From NCBI GenBank assembly GCA_028286485.1, contig JAQBRM010000007.1, forward strand, positions 1-49,600: a stretch of DNA of 49,600 nt. The letters run 5' to 3'. Below, in pieces: positions 9,335 through 18,858 of this stretch. This DNA is from Candidatus Nomurabacteria bacterium (GTDB lineage Bacteria > Patescibacteriota > Minisyncoccia > Phycocordibacterales > UBA9973). Numbering within the stretch: the first letter of the stretch is position 1; every line of letters starts with the position of its first letter. Both the position numbers and the translations under genes were made by a program. Below the pieces are notes generated by a model. It had not been told where the DNA came from. It did no database searches and worked only from the letters and a program-made list of their open reading frames with translations.

Positions 9335-9778
9335 TTAGCAGGAAGTTGCGGCCAAATGTAGGTATATTTTTCCGGAATGAGATTGAATGAGGAATGCCAC
9401 TCTTAAAAGATCATTATGGAATAAAATCTCTTGTGTGGGAAGGTACATCCATTCGGTACTTTGAGCCCGCGAGAAATTACCCGCTGCGGCTTCTTGAAGC
9501 ATGCGGCACATGCGGGGTTTTATTACTCCCTTGGCATACAATGCCAGCGCCACGCAAGAACTGCAATCAATACGAAAGAGGTCATTAAACCGCCGTTGCT
9601 CATTCAATAATTCTTTTTCAAAATAATCGTACACTTCATCGATCGTTTTGCCATTGAGCGTTCTGGCGGTCGCTTCGTCATACTGCCATGCCCCGTCGTT
9701 TCCTTTTAGGATTGCCTTATTTTGAAATACAACCCTGTCATCGCTGATGCAATGGCTTGCGCCTTGTATTGTTTCCAT
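9335..9778 (-). CDS. Hypothetical protein
   Basis: 147-aa ATG ORF with upstream TTGACT and a downstream hairpin; no recognised family. Confidence 0.6.
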   Translation of the reverse strand: METIQGASHCISDDRVVFQNKAILKGNDGAWQYDEATARTLNGKTIDEVYDYFEKELLNEQRRFNDLFRIDCSSCVALALYAKGVIKPRMCRMLQEAAAGNFSRAQSTEWMYLPTQEILFHNDLLRVAFLIQSHSGKIYLHLAATSC

Positions 9779-9920
9779 ATGCGTATATTTTAATTTTCCT
9801 TACTCTACTCTATTGGGTTATAAAGTCAATTAAGCGGGTAAAATCAATTTTTGCGGGCCGTGGAAAAGTGGGTTGACGAATCATGGGCGGATACGGTTTA
9901 ATTGAGTAAATCTAACTACC

Positions 9921-10052
9921 ATGAAAAACAACAAGCACCGGGTGAGTACACTCACACTCTGCCTTGACGTTATCACACTGTACCTTCTGCATTGGGGAGT
10001 TTTATCCTATCGGCATGAGCTGGTAAAAATTCCTCTGTATGCGTTTTATTAA
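9921..10052 (+). CDS. Small hypothetical protein, 43 aa (not in ORF track)
   Basis: MKNNKHRVSTLTLCLDVITLYLLHWGVLSYRHELVKIPLYAFY*; upstream TTGACG-18-TTTAAT and a strong hairpin right after the stop. Confidence 0.45.
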   Translation: MKNNKHRVSTLTLCLDVITLYLLHWGVLSYRHELVKIPLYAFY

Positions 10053-10060
10053 TGTATTTA

Positions 10061-10087
10061 AAAAACCGGGTCATCATGACCCGGTTT
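10061..10087. terminator. Hairpin / intrinsic terminator
   Basis: AAACCGGGTCA-TCA-TGACCCGGTTT. Confidence 0.7.
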
Positions 10088-10199
10088 CATTGCTTATTGA
10101 CTTTCTATAAAAATATGTAATAATATTAAAAGCTATGGTATTTAACACAACGTGAAATACCCCCTAGTTCTTCGACATAGAATATGTAATCATATACAG

Positions 10200-10985
10200 A
10201 TGAATGACCAAATAACACCCATTATCACCGATGTCCTTGAAACGATGGCCCGTTCCCCTGAAACAAAACAATTCGCCGTATTTGATTTCGACAATACCTG
10301 CATCGAGCATGACATTGCCGAAGCATTGCTGTCGTACTTGTGCGCCAATCAATTACTGAAAAATAATGCTTTGCTCGATATTCAATTCGAAAACAAAGAA
10401 GTGTACCATCAAAAGGTACTGGCTCATTATTATGAGCTGTTGGAAAAAGGCGAGATAGAACGTGCGTATCGATTTACCACGCAAATGCTCGCCGGCTTCC
10501 ATGAAAGGGATATCAAGCATTTGGTATCAAAAACCATTGTAGCCGAGGGTACGGAGATCGGCACCGCTACTTTATACGATGTCACGGTCGCGAAAGGGTT
10601 GCGGGTGCGTACGGATGTCATTGCGCTGCTGACTGCCTTACAGACCCGGCACATCAAGATATGGATCGTCAGCGCTTCGCCGGAAGTGGTGGTGAAGGCC
10701 GCCTTGAGTCACTACAATATCCCCGGAAATTGCATCGGTATGCGATTGCAAAACCTCGGCCACGTCTTTAGTGATGTTGTCGTTGAGCCGCTGAGTACCT
10801 TGGAAGGAAAAGTGACGTGTATTCAGCGTTACATTCATCCTGCCCAGCAACCCATCCTCGGCATCGGCGACAGCATGAATGACTTCCCTATGCTCGACTA
10901 TTCACACATAAAAGTGGTAGTGAATCGCCATAACAAACTGGCAGAGGAAGCCGCTCAAAACAACTGGCATTTGATTACCGCCTAA
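10200..10985 (+). CDS. HAD-superfamily (IB/SerB-like) phosphatase
   Basis: Motif I VFDFDNT, II IVSAS, III GK, IV GDSMND. Start set at ATG 10200. Confidence 0.88.
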   Translation: MNDQITPIITDVLETMARSPETKQFAVFDFDNTCIEHDIAEALLSYLCANQLLKNNALLDIQFENKEVYHQKVLAHYYELLEKGEIERAYRFTTQMLAGFHERDIKHLVSKTIVAEGTEIGTATLYDVTVAKGLRVRTDVIALLTALQTRHIKIWIVSASPEVVVKAALSHYNIPGNCIGMRLQNLGHVFSDVVVEPLSTLEGKVTCIQRYIHPAQQPILGIGDSMNDFPMLDYSHIKVVVNRHNKLAEEAAQNNWHLITA

Positions 10986-10987
10986 AC

Positions 10988-11018
10988 AAAAAGCCCCGTG
11001 CATGCACGGGGCTTTTTT
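10988..11018. terminator. Bidirectional terminator
   Basis: Perfect palindrome AAAAAGCCCCGTGCA|TGCACGGGGCTTTTT between convergent genes. Confidence 0.9.
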
Positions 11019-11035
11019 ACTTCATATTGTTTCTA

Positions 11036-11461
11036 TTACTGACCAGTGGGAGCAGCCGGTGCTGCCGGCATTGAACCGGCCGGACGAATTTGAATGGATG
11101 TAGCGGTGATGCTGCCATCAGGATTGGTTGTACCGGTAGCACTAATAGTTGCTCCGGTAGTAATATCATTCACGTTACCTGTAGCACTCTTGGAGATGGT
11201 AGTGGACGGAGAGTAGAGAATAATCCTTGACCCACCGGTCGGAATTGAAACGGCCACACTGGTCGCGTCTTTGGCTACCACTTGCCCAAGCGTAGCGCCA
11301 CCACCCGCGCGAGCACCAAATCCGCCGGCGCGTCCCGTACGACTAGTCAGAGCGGCTTGTTGAGTGCTAGCAGTTTGCTTAGCGCCGTACGCCTTACCAC
11401 CCAAGAAGGCAGCGATAACCAAGACGATGGCAAGGATCCACATTGTTGTTGTATTTTTCAT
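11036..11461 (-). CDS. Membrane-anchored small beta-rich (DUF5666-like) protein of the ABC operon
   Basis: N-terminal TM, Gly/Arg-rich linker, GTTNPDGSITATSIQIRP. Family call tentative. Confidence 0.7.
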   Translation of the reverse strand: MKNTTTMWILAIVLVIAAFLGGKAYGAKQTASTQQAALTSRTGRAGGFGARAGGGATLGQVVAKDATSVAVSIPTGGSRIILYSPSTTISKSATGNVNDITTGATISATGTTNPDGSITATSIQIRPAGSMPAAPAAPTGQ

Positions 11462-11509
11462 ATGCTAAATATTTATGCAATTACATTTAATAATAAGTAC
11501 GCTGTTACA

Positions 11510-12730
11510 TTATTCAAATCTCAGCGCATCGATCGGATTGAGATTGGCCGCACGTCGTGCCGGATAATAGCCGAACACGATACCGATCAGTGCAGAGACA
11601 CCGAACGCAAGCAACACGGATGACATGCTGACCGTTGATTGAATGATGCCGAGCTTGGTTACCAAAAAGGAAATTCCCCACCCTAGAATAACACCAATAA
11701 TTCCTCCCACCACGGTGAGCATGATCGCTTCAATCAAGAATTGCGTATTGATATCGGATTTTTTCGCTCCAATGGCTTTGCGCAAGCCGATTTCCCGCGT
11801 GCGCTCGGTCACGGTGGTGAGCATCATATTCATGATGCCGATGCCGCCCACCAGCAATGATATTCCTGCCACCGCTCCCAACAAAATAGTGAAGGTACCC
11901 GTCACGGAAGAAGCCGTGGCAATAATATCGGATTGATTGAGTGTGGAAAAGTCGGCTTTGGTAGGGTCACTGATATTGTGACGCGCCAGCAACAGCGTCG
12001 TAATATCATTTTGCACTTGCGTGGTATCGGCGGCGGTGGCGGCCGATACATCTATTTCGCTCAGGTATTGATTGCCAGTCAGGTAGTGTTGCGCAGTTGT
12101 ATAAGGAATATAAATGGAATCATCGGCATTATTGAAGCCGGACCCCCCTTTGGATACCGTCACCCCAATGACCGTATAGATGGCGCCATTGACGCGAATT
12201 TGCTGTCCGACCGGCTCGCTGCCATCGGAGAATAAGTCAGTGACCACTGTCGGACCGATCACTGCCACTTTATTACTCGTAGCCACGTCACTGTCAGCGA
12301 AGAAAGCGCCGTCACTGACTTGTACGTTGCGCACCGTCGTATATGAGGGTGTAGTGCCGGTAATGGTGGTATTGGTATTGGTGCCCGCCGCCACGACTTG
12401 TTCACGTGCAGTAACATCAAATGCAATGCCGGAAATACTACTGACCTGAGATTGCACGGCCTTGCCATCATCGACGGTCAATGTTTGCGCGCTGCCCCGC
12501 CCCTGGGAAGGTCCGCCGAAACTTTTTTGCGCCCCAGGAGTGATAATTACCAAATTCGATCCGATGGATTGAATACTGGATTGGATGGAACTTTGCGCCC
12601 CGTTACCAATGGCTACCATGGCAATGACGGAACTGATGCCGATAATAATACCGAGCATTGTCAAACCGGTGCGGACTTTGTTCGCAGCCAAGGCGCCATA
12701 TGTTTCATGAAGAATGTCTCGTATGGTCAT
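11510..12730 (-). CDS. MacB/YknZ-type ABC permease
   Basis: RTGLTMLGIIIG, VTERTREIGLRKAIGA, YPARRAANLNPIDALRFE. Confidence 0.95.
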   Translation of the reverse strand: MTIRDILHETYGALAANKVRTGLTMLGIIIGISSVIAMVAIGNGAQSSIQSSIQSIGSNLVIITPGAQKSFGGPSQGRGSAQTLTVDDGKAVQSQVSSISGIAFDVTAREQVVAAGTNTNTTITGTTPSYTTVRNVQVSDGAFFADSDVATSNKVAVIGPTVVTDLFSDGSEPVGQQIRVNGAIYTVIGVTVSKGGSGFNNADDSIYIPYTTAQHYLTGNQYLSEIDVSAATAADTTQVQNDITTLLLARHNISDPTKADFSTLNQSDIIATASSVTGTFTILLGAVAGISLLVGGIGIMNMMLTTVTERTREIGLRKAIGAKKSDINTQFLIEAIMLTVVGGIIGVILGWGISFLVTKLGIIQSTVSMSSVLLAFGVSALIGIVFGYYPARRAANLNPIDALRFE

Positions 12731-13434
12731 ATTATGTTTGCTTTACGCTTATGATGATTTTTCGTGTCACTGACGATGACACCATCACGGATGATGATAA
12801 TGCGGTCGGCATGTTCCGCTACTTCCGGTTCATGGGTGATCAGTATGATAGTACGGCCCAAAGCCTCATTCAATCGTTGAAAGGTGCCGAGTACGATCTC
12901 GCCCGTCCTGCTATCCAAGTTGCCCGTCGGTTCATCTGCCAAGATCATCGTGGGATTGTTCACCAATGCACGGGCAATAGCCACACGTTGGATTTGTCCA
13001 CCGGAGAGTTGGTTCGACTTGTGTGAAAAATATCGCTCATCCAAACCGGCAGCAGCCAATGCGGCGCGTGCATCCTTCTCACGCTTTTCTTCCGGTTCAT
13101 TGGCATAGATCAAGGGAATCATGACATTGCGAAGTGCGGTGGTGCGTGGCAGCAGATTGAACGATTGAAAGACGAAGCCGATCTTGTCGCGACGAATATC
13201 CGCCAGTTCATCATCGGATAATTTGGAAACATCTTTATGGTCCAAGAAATAGGTACCGGCTGTTGGAGTATCGAGGCAACCGAGAATATGCATCAACGTG
13301 GACTTCCCTGACCCCGATGGGCCCATAATGGCAATGAACTCACCATCATTAATGGAAAAACTTACTCCTTTTAATGCCTGAAATGCAACATCGCCTGATT
13401 GATATGTTTTTGTAATGTCAGTGACCTTAATCAT
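12727..13434 (-). CDS. MacB/LolD-type ABC ATP-binding protein
   Basis: [28 protein letters not shown]. Confidence 0.96.
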   Translation of the reverse strand: MIKVTDITKTYQSGDVAFQALKGVSFSINDGEFIAIMGPSGSGKSTLMHILGCLDTPTAGTYFLDHKDVSKLSDDELADIRRDKIGFVFQSFNLLPRTTALRNVMIPLIYANEPEEKREKDARAALAAAGLDERYFSHKSNQLSGGQIQRVAIARALVNNPTMILADEPTGNLDSRTGEIVLGTFQRLNEALGRTIILITHEPEVAEHADRIIIIRDGVIVSDTKNHHKRKANII

Positions 13435-13436
13435 AT

Positions 13437-14999
13437 TTATCCGCCTATTCGGCCTGCGGCACGTGTGGCTCCGCCACCACCGCCGAGCAGACTTGGAGCG
13501 GCAGTCGTAGCCTTGGCGGCAGTAGTTCCTGTAGCAGCAATGGTTTTTGTCACGATCTTATCTCCTTCATTCAATCCTGAAGTAATCTCAGTAGCGGTGC
13601 CATCGGTAATGCCGATTTGTACGGAAGTTTGTACGGGAGCAATAGCGAGACTGATACCGGTAGTGGCGGGCGTGTCGGATGGCACAGTAAGAACATAACT
13701 GGAGCCATTGGTAGTTTTCACCGCCGAAGAAGGCACCTCCAACACATCTTGCGCCACGGCAGCTTGAATCGCGGCAGTCACACTCATGCCGGATTTTACA
13801 CGCGGATCTTGCGTATCGAGGCTGATAGTTACGGTATAGTTGACCACCCCAGAAGCAACGGTTCCCACCGGATCAATGTTTGATACGGTACCCGCCAATG
13901 TCAGCCCGCTGATGGCATCAAAACTGAGGGTCGCTTTATCACCACGCTGTACTTTTGAGACATCGACTTCATTCAATGCCAGTGTTACCACTTCTTGAGT
14001 CGTAATAATGGTACCTAAGGTGGTGCTGGCAGAGACCTGATCACCGACATTTACCGGCACCGTGGCAATCGTACCGCTGAACGGCGCGGTGACAGTGTAT
14101 TTGGCCAGTGTTTCTTCGGCACTGGCAAGATTGTTTTGTGCCTGGGTTACTGCGAGCTGCTTGCCCTGTAATGTTACCGCCGCGGAGCCATTTTGGTCTT
14201 CCGCTTGACTTTGATTTTCCAACGCCGTTTGATAGGCATTCTCATTGCTAAGATAACTGGAAGAGTTTTTATTGGGAATAGTGATGGTCCACGTCAGGCC
14301 GCCCTTGACGGGGCTGGCAAAAAGAATATACAGGCCGGAATCCCCGATCGGTTGCGGAGAAGTCGTGCTCGTTAAATTATTACCTGATGTTAATCCTGTC
14401 ACTGCATATGAAATGCCTCCTTCGGAAGAATATGTCGTTACGGTAATAGTACCCTCCATGCCCAACGCGTAGTTGCCGCTAATAGTCGGTGCTTGGTAGC
14501 CCGAGGTAGTGAGATCGGCCGGCTGGGCTTGCAAGCCGGAGCTTAATAGGGTGGTGTACGCCGTTTTTACGGCCTTGGCATTATCGGCGGTGGCATTTAT
14601 GGCTTGAGTTTGGGTGGATCGAAGATCAAGCTGAGCGGCTGTCACGCTTTCGCGAGCGGTTTCAACCGCTCGCGCGGCATCAGTGGCACTGATGCTAAAC
14701 AATGCTTGCCCGCGACTAACGCTATCACCTGCCTTAACACGAACAGAAACAAGCGGCCCTGAAACTTGTGGCTGTAAATTCACGGATTCTGAGGTCGAAA
14801 TCTGCCCGCTGCCGGTAACAGTGGAAACAATAGTGCCTTTTTGCACAGTGCCAATGGCGTAGGTCGGCGCCGGAGTTTTAGCAGTGGCCGCATGAATGAT
14901 AAAATAGCCTGCTATAAGGACACCAAGGCCAACGAGTATGGAAGTAATTTTGTGAGTTTTAACATACAGGGCTGTTTTCTGAAAAAAGGAATTATTCAT
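13437..14999 (-). CDS. MacA/YknX-type membrane fusion protein with inserted domain
   Basis: TM, VKAGDSVSRGQ, VTAPFSGTI, KSGMSV, VPSSAV, SGLNEGDKIV. Confidence 0.9.
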   Translation of the reverse strand: MNNSFFQKTALYVKTHKITSILVGLGVLIAGYFIIHAATAKTPAPTYAIGTVQKGTIVSTVTGSGQISTSESVNLQPQVSGPLVSVRVKAGDSVSRGQALFSISATDAARAVETARESVTAAQLDLRSTQTQAINATADNAKAVKTAYTTLLSSGLQAQPADLTTSGYQAPTISGNYALGMEGTITVTTYSSEGGISYAVTGLTSGNNLTSTTSPQPIGDSGLYILFASPVKGGLTWTITIPNKNSSSYLSNENAYQTALENQSQAEDQNGSAAVTLQGKQLAVTQAQNNLASAEETLAKYTVTAPFSGTIATVPVNVGDQVSASTTLGTIITTQEVVTLALNEVDVSKVQRGDKATLSFDAISGLTLAGTVSNIDPVGTVASGVVNYTVTISLDTQDPRVKSGMSVTAAIQAAVAQDVLEVPSSAVKTTNGSSYVLTVPSDTPATTGISLAIAPVQTSVQIGITDGTATEITSGLNEGDKIVTKTIAATGTTAAKATTAAPSLLGGGGGATRAAGRIGG

Positions 15000-15008
15000 A
15001 TTTTATAC

Positions 15009-15035
15009 TACGTACAATATCGACAATTTGGTGCA
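15009..15035 (-). promoter_or_regulatory. Possible ECF promoter variant of the MacAB-like operon
   Basis: TGCACC-N17-CGTA, ending 9 nt before ATG 14999. Confidence 0.45.
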
Positions 15036-15078
15036 TACTAAAAACCGCCTGAGGTTTAACCTCAGGCGGTTTTTAGTA
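15036..15078. terminator. Intrinsic terminator after the nitroreductase
   Basis: 21-bp perfect inverted repeat TACTAAAAACCGCCTGAGGTT-T-AACCTCAGGCGGTTTTTAGTA. Confidence 0.9.
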
Positions 15079-15702
15079 TTAGGTGATAATTTCCACCACC
15101 TCGTCATGAGTACGACGAGCTTTTGGCCGTGGTTCCTCACCGCGATAGCCGAGCGCTACCATGGTGACAGCCGATAGATTTTTCGCTGAGAGACCGAGAA
15201 TTTCATTGACTTGCTCGGTATTAAATCCTTCCATGGCTGCATTGTCGATATTGAGCAGGCTGGCAGTTTCCATCATGATACCGAGCGGGATGTAGGTTTG
15301 GGATTTCAGCCACGCTTTAGCCTGATCGGCCGGCATGCGATTGACCGCACCGCTAGCCATGGTCTTTAACATCTCGAGTTCTGCCACCGGCTTATTCTGC
15401 GCGGCGGCAGTACGAGCAACCAATTCATCAGTCAGATGTTCGGTGTCAGTGCGCTGTGCAATGATGATGAGGTCTGAGGCATCGGTGATTCTCGGCTGGT
15501 CATAACCGACCGCGCGCAGCTTGGCACGCACGTCGGCATTTTTCACCACGATGAATTTCCACGCTTCAAAGCCGAAGGAACTCGGCGCCAAGCGTCCGCT
15601 TTCCAAAACGGCGTTCAAATCCTCATCGCTGACTTTTTTTGTCGTGTCAAAGGCATATGTAGCGTAGCGCCACTGCAATGCCTGTAAAATTTCTTGTTTC
15701 AT
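15079..15702 (-). CDS. NAD(P)H nitroreductase (NfsB-like)
   Basis: WRYATYAFD, RLAPSSFGFEAWKF, MEGF, VALGYR. Confidence 0.93.
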   Translation of the reverse strand: MKQEILQALQWRYATYAFDTTKKVSDEDLNAVLESGRLAPSSFGFEAWKFIVVKNADVRAKLRAVGYDQPRITDASDLIIIAQRTDTEHLTDELVARTAAAQNKPVAELEMLKTMASGAVNRMPADQAKAWLKSQTYIPLGIMMETASLLNIDNAAMEGFNTEQVNEILGLSAKNLSAVTMVALGYRGEEPRPKARRTHDEVVEIIT

Positions 15703-15776
15703 AGTATACTTGTGTTTATAATGAATTCTGATAAAGTACTTACATTATTATAGTACTATAGAAAGTATAGCAAGTT

Positions 15777-16097
15777 ATGAAATCCCGTCAACCTAGTAGC
15801 ACAACCATCCCCTGTAGCGCCGCCCTGAAAGTGATCGGCGATTACTGGACCATCAGCATCGTGCAAGCCATGGGCGTGCACAAGCGTCGTTTTTGCGAAT
15901 TGGAACGCCTGCTCCCCGATAGCAATCCGGTCACGCTCACTTCCCGCTTGAAAAAGATGGAGTCTTTGGGGCTGCTGACTCGCACCAAAAGCCCGAAGGA
16001 TAAAATTTCCGTTATTTACACTTTGACGCGGCAAGGCAAGGCGCTGTTGCCGATTGTTATCCGTATTGAAAAATTCGCGGAAGGGCTGCATGCCTAA
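15777..16097 (+). CDS. HxlR/DUF24 (HypR/YodB/QsrR-like) regulator
   Basis: PCSAALKVIGDYWT, RFCEL, LTSRLKKMES, YTLTRQG; divergent from the nitroreductase. Confidence 0.9.
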   Translation: MKSRQPSSTTIPCSAALKVIGDYWTISIVQAMGVHKRRFCELERLLPDSNPVTLTSRLKKMESLGLLTRTKSPKDKISVIYTLTRQGKALLPIVIRIEKFAEGLHA

Positions 16098-16107
16098 GCG
16101 CATTTAT

Positions 16108-17352
16108 TTATGCGTGAGTGCCGGCGATAAAGCCCGTAGTCCAACACAGTTGCAGTGAGAAGCCGCCGGAAGGGCGTGTGATATGCAGCAAGTCACCGGT
16201 GATGTAGAGATTACTGAAAAGTTTTGAACGCATGGTTTTCATATCCATTTCCGTCAGCGGAATACCACCGTCGGCCACCACGGCACGATCAAACCCCATC
16301 AGGCCGGTAATAGTCATCGGCAATGCTTTCAATGTATCAGCTAATAATTTGCGCTGCTCTTTCGTTACGCTGTGTACTTTTGTTTCTCGGTCTATGGTTG
16401 GTACTAGTGAGAATACGGCTTCGATCATGCCATGAGGGACGATATCGTCCATGACATTTTTCAGTAATTTATTCTTATTGTTTTCAAATACCGTGAGAAT
16501 TTTTTGCTCCAATGCACCGTGATCCGTATCGGGGTAGGCATCAATAGCGGCAGTCACCGTTCCTTCTTGCAGCAAATCCCCCACCTTGCCGGCCAGATTT
16601 AAAATCAACGGCCCGGACAAGCCGAAGTGCGTGAAGAGCAGCTTGCCGGTTTTGAAAAATTTCTTTTTCCCTTCCGCAAAGAACGTGATTTTCATGAATG
16701 ACAATGAGGTACCGGATAATGACTTCACCCATGATTCCTTCACCGCCAAGGGCACGATGCTGGGGGTTGGCGCAGCCACACTGTGACCAAGCATTTTCAA
16801 CCAGTTGAAGCCATCGCCCGTAGAACCTGTTTCGGCATGTGATACGCCGCCTGTTGCCAAGACGTATGACGTGGCAACGATTGTTTCCTTGCCTGCCTTT
16901 ACTCCATGTATCATGCCGTCTTTGGCAATAATTTCTGATACGGGACTACTGGTCTTCACCGCCACCTTACCGTCTTTCATATATTGCTCTAAGACCTTAA
17001 AAACATCTTCTGATTTTTCAGTATGAGGAAAGGCGCGTTTTCGGGCCTGCACCACTAATGGCAATCCTTTGCCTTCGAAGAAGGTGAAGGTATCCTTATT
17101 GCTGAATTGTGCAAAGGCCGAATATAAAAATTGCTCCGCATCACCGTAGTGTTTCAATAGGGTGCGTATATCTTCCTCGGCATTGGTAATATTACATCGT
17201 CCCCCGCCGCTGATTTTTAATTTCTCGCCCAATGCCTTATTTTTCTCCAACAACAATACTTTTTTGCCCCGCTCGGCCGCACGTCCTGCCGCCATTATTC
17301 CTGCAGGTCCGCCGCCGATCACAATGACATCATATGGCATGGAAGTAGTCAT
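16108..17352 (-). CDS. HI0933/YhiN family flavoprotein
   Basis: GGGPAG, KLKISGGGRCNITN, ATGG...TGSTGDG, LFTHFGLSGP, GGFSLQ. Confidence 0.93.
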   Translation of the reverse strand: MTTSMPYDVIVIGGGPAGIMAAGRAAERGKKVLLLEKNKALGEKLKISGGGRCNITNAEEDIRTLLKHYGDAEQFLYSAFAQFSNKDTFTFFEGKGLPLVVQARKRAFPHTEKSEDVFKVLEQYMKDGKVAVKTSSPVSEIIAKDGMIHGVKAGKETIVATSYVLATGGVSHAETGSTGDGFNWLKMLGHSVAAPTPSIVPLAVKESWVKSLSGTSLSFMKITFFAEGKKKFFKTGKLLFTHFGLSGPLILNLAGKVGDLLQEGTVTAAIDAYPDTDHGALEQKILTVFENNKNKLLKNVMDDIVPHGMIEAVFSLVPTIDRETKVHSVTKEQRKLLADTLKALPMTITGLMGFDRAVVADGGIPLTEMDMKTMRSKLFSNLYITGDLLHITRPSGGFSLQLCWTTGFIAGTHA

Positions 17353-17353
17353 A

Positions 17354-18826
17354 TTATTTTTCCAAGTCTAATATTTCATCAATACGAATCTGATGCACGA
17401 ATTCCGGCACGTGCGATACCAGTATCATCGCTCCGGCATAACTGCTCAAGGCTTTGGCAATGACGGGGAGATGGCGAAAGTTAATGTGGTTGGTCGGCTC
17501 ATCAAGAATCAGCAAGCCGGGTTCGAGCAGCACCAATGTAGCGAATGCCACCAATCCTTTCTGCCCCTCTGACAGATCACCGATACGAGTACCGATAACA
17601 TCGGAGGTGATGAGAAAGCTGGCTGCCACCGATCTGATACGGTCTTCCGCCGGACGAGCACCCGATAACGCCATGGACTTCTTCAATGCTTCATAAACCG
17701 TATCATGAAAATCAAGGGTCGAGAAATCCTGCCGATAGTACCCTACCCTGACATTGCTGCCGATATTTGAACCTTCAGCGGTACCATGGGCGATGGATTC
17801 CAGCAACGTACTCTTGCCGATACCATTAGGGCCCCGCAGCAGCAGATGCTGGTTCTTACGCAAGGAAATAGCGGCTTTGCGAGAAACTACTTTATGGTCT
17901 TTCAAGACAGTAAAAGCCGTGACGGAAATGATTTCGCCAATAGTATTGGTTTGTGCGGGAATGGTGAATGGACGAATAGTCTTGTCTTCTTTTCGCACAT
18001 CAACGATATCTTCTTCGAGCTCCTCGGCTTTTTCACGCATGCGTTTTGCCACGAGGCGCATCTGGCCGCCTTTGTAGGCAAATTGATTGGCCTTTTCCTT
18101 CTTGGCTTGTATTTCCTTGGCCAGCATGGCATTTTTCATATTTTCCTTTTCAATACGAACGGCGATATCCTTGACTACGTCGTTATAGTTACCGACATAC
18201 TGCTCGATCTTGCGCGTGAAGACATCGAGATACAGGACACCATGCGTGAAGGCATTCAGAAAGGCCGCATCATGGGAAATAACCATGACGGTCTTTTTGT
18301 AGTCGATCAGAAATTGCGTGAGATGGGCAATGCCTTCCTTGTCCAAATTGTTAGTTGGTTCATCCAATAGTAGTAAGTCTGGGTCTTGAATCAAGGCTGA
18401 AGCTAAAAGGAGCCGCGCTTGCTGGCCGCCGGAAAATGTCTTGATGATTTTCTCATGAATGCCCTTGCCGACCTTCAAGTTCACGACCTCGAGTACGGCA
18501 TCAATACGCGGATCGATATCGTAGACCGGTTTGGAAAATTGCGATTGAAAAAATTCCCGCACGGTCAGCTCCATCTGATCGCGGCTGATAACCTGTCGGG
18601 CGGTGGCAATAGTAGTGCCCTTGACCACATTGATGATGCCTTCTTCAGGCGTAAATGCTCCTGTTAAAAGATTGAAAATAGTGCTTTTACCGGCACCATT
18701 TTGCCCCATGAGGGTGATCTTGGAACCCTTGCGCAAAGAGAAAGAAACCTGATCCAAGATGGGCTTATTGACGTTATATTCGAATGATACGCCGTCGAAA
18801 CGAGCGATGGTGGCCTCTTTTGACAT
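17354..18826 (-). CDS. ABC-F family ATPase
   Basis: Two NBDs (GQNGAGKST/FSGGQ/LLDEPTNNLD; GPNGIGKST/LSEGQ/LDEPTNH), linker, no TM. Confidence 0.93.
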   Translation of the reverse strand: MSKEATIARFDGVSFEYNVNKPILDQVSFSLRKGSKITLMGQNGAGKSTIFNLLTGAFTPEEGIINVVKGTTIATARQVISRDQMELTVREFFQSQFSKPVYDIDPRIDAVLEVVNLKVGKGIHEKIIKTFSGGQQARLLLASALIQDPDLLLLDEPTNNLDKEGIAHLTQFLIDYKKTVMVISHDAAFLNAFTHGVLYLDVFTRKIEQYVGNYNDVVKDIAVRIEKENMKNAMLAKEIQAKKEKANQFAYKGGQMRLVAKRMREKAEELEEDIVDVRKEDKTIRPFTIPAQTNTIGEIISVTAFTVLKDHKVVSRKAAISLRKNQHLLLRGPNGIGKSTLLESIAHGTAEGSNIGSNVRVGYYRQDFSTLDFHDTVYEALKKSMALSGARPAEDRIRSVAASFLITSDVIGTRIGDLSEGQKGLVAFATLVLLEPGLLILDEPTNHINFRHLPVIAKALSSYAGAMILVSHVPEFVHQIRIDEILDLEK

Positions 18827-18858
18827 ATGAAATAAAAAGTGTCATGAGTATAGCACAC

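Noticed and set aside
10200..10985. HAD phosphatase as partner of the terpene cyclase (as in HAD-cyclase drimenol synthases)
   Set aside because: 15 kb away, separately transcribed, and no linking evidence.
10988..15078. Long perfect palindromes (10988, 15036) as REP/attC/MITE elements
   Set aside because: Unrelated sequences, each directly after a stop codon with T/A tracts; terminators explain them.
17786..18370. Long antisense ORFs (e.g. 17786-18370, 6689-7222, 35053-35646, 47992-48507)
   Set aside because: They lie opposite well-supported genes and have no recognisable motifs.
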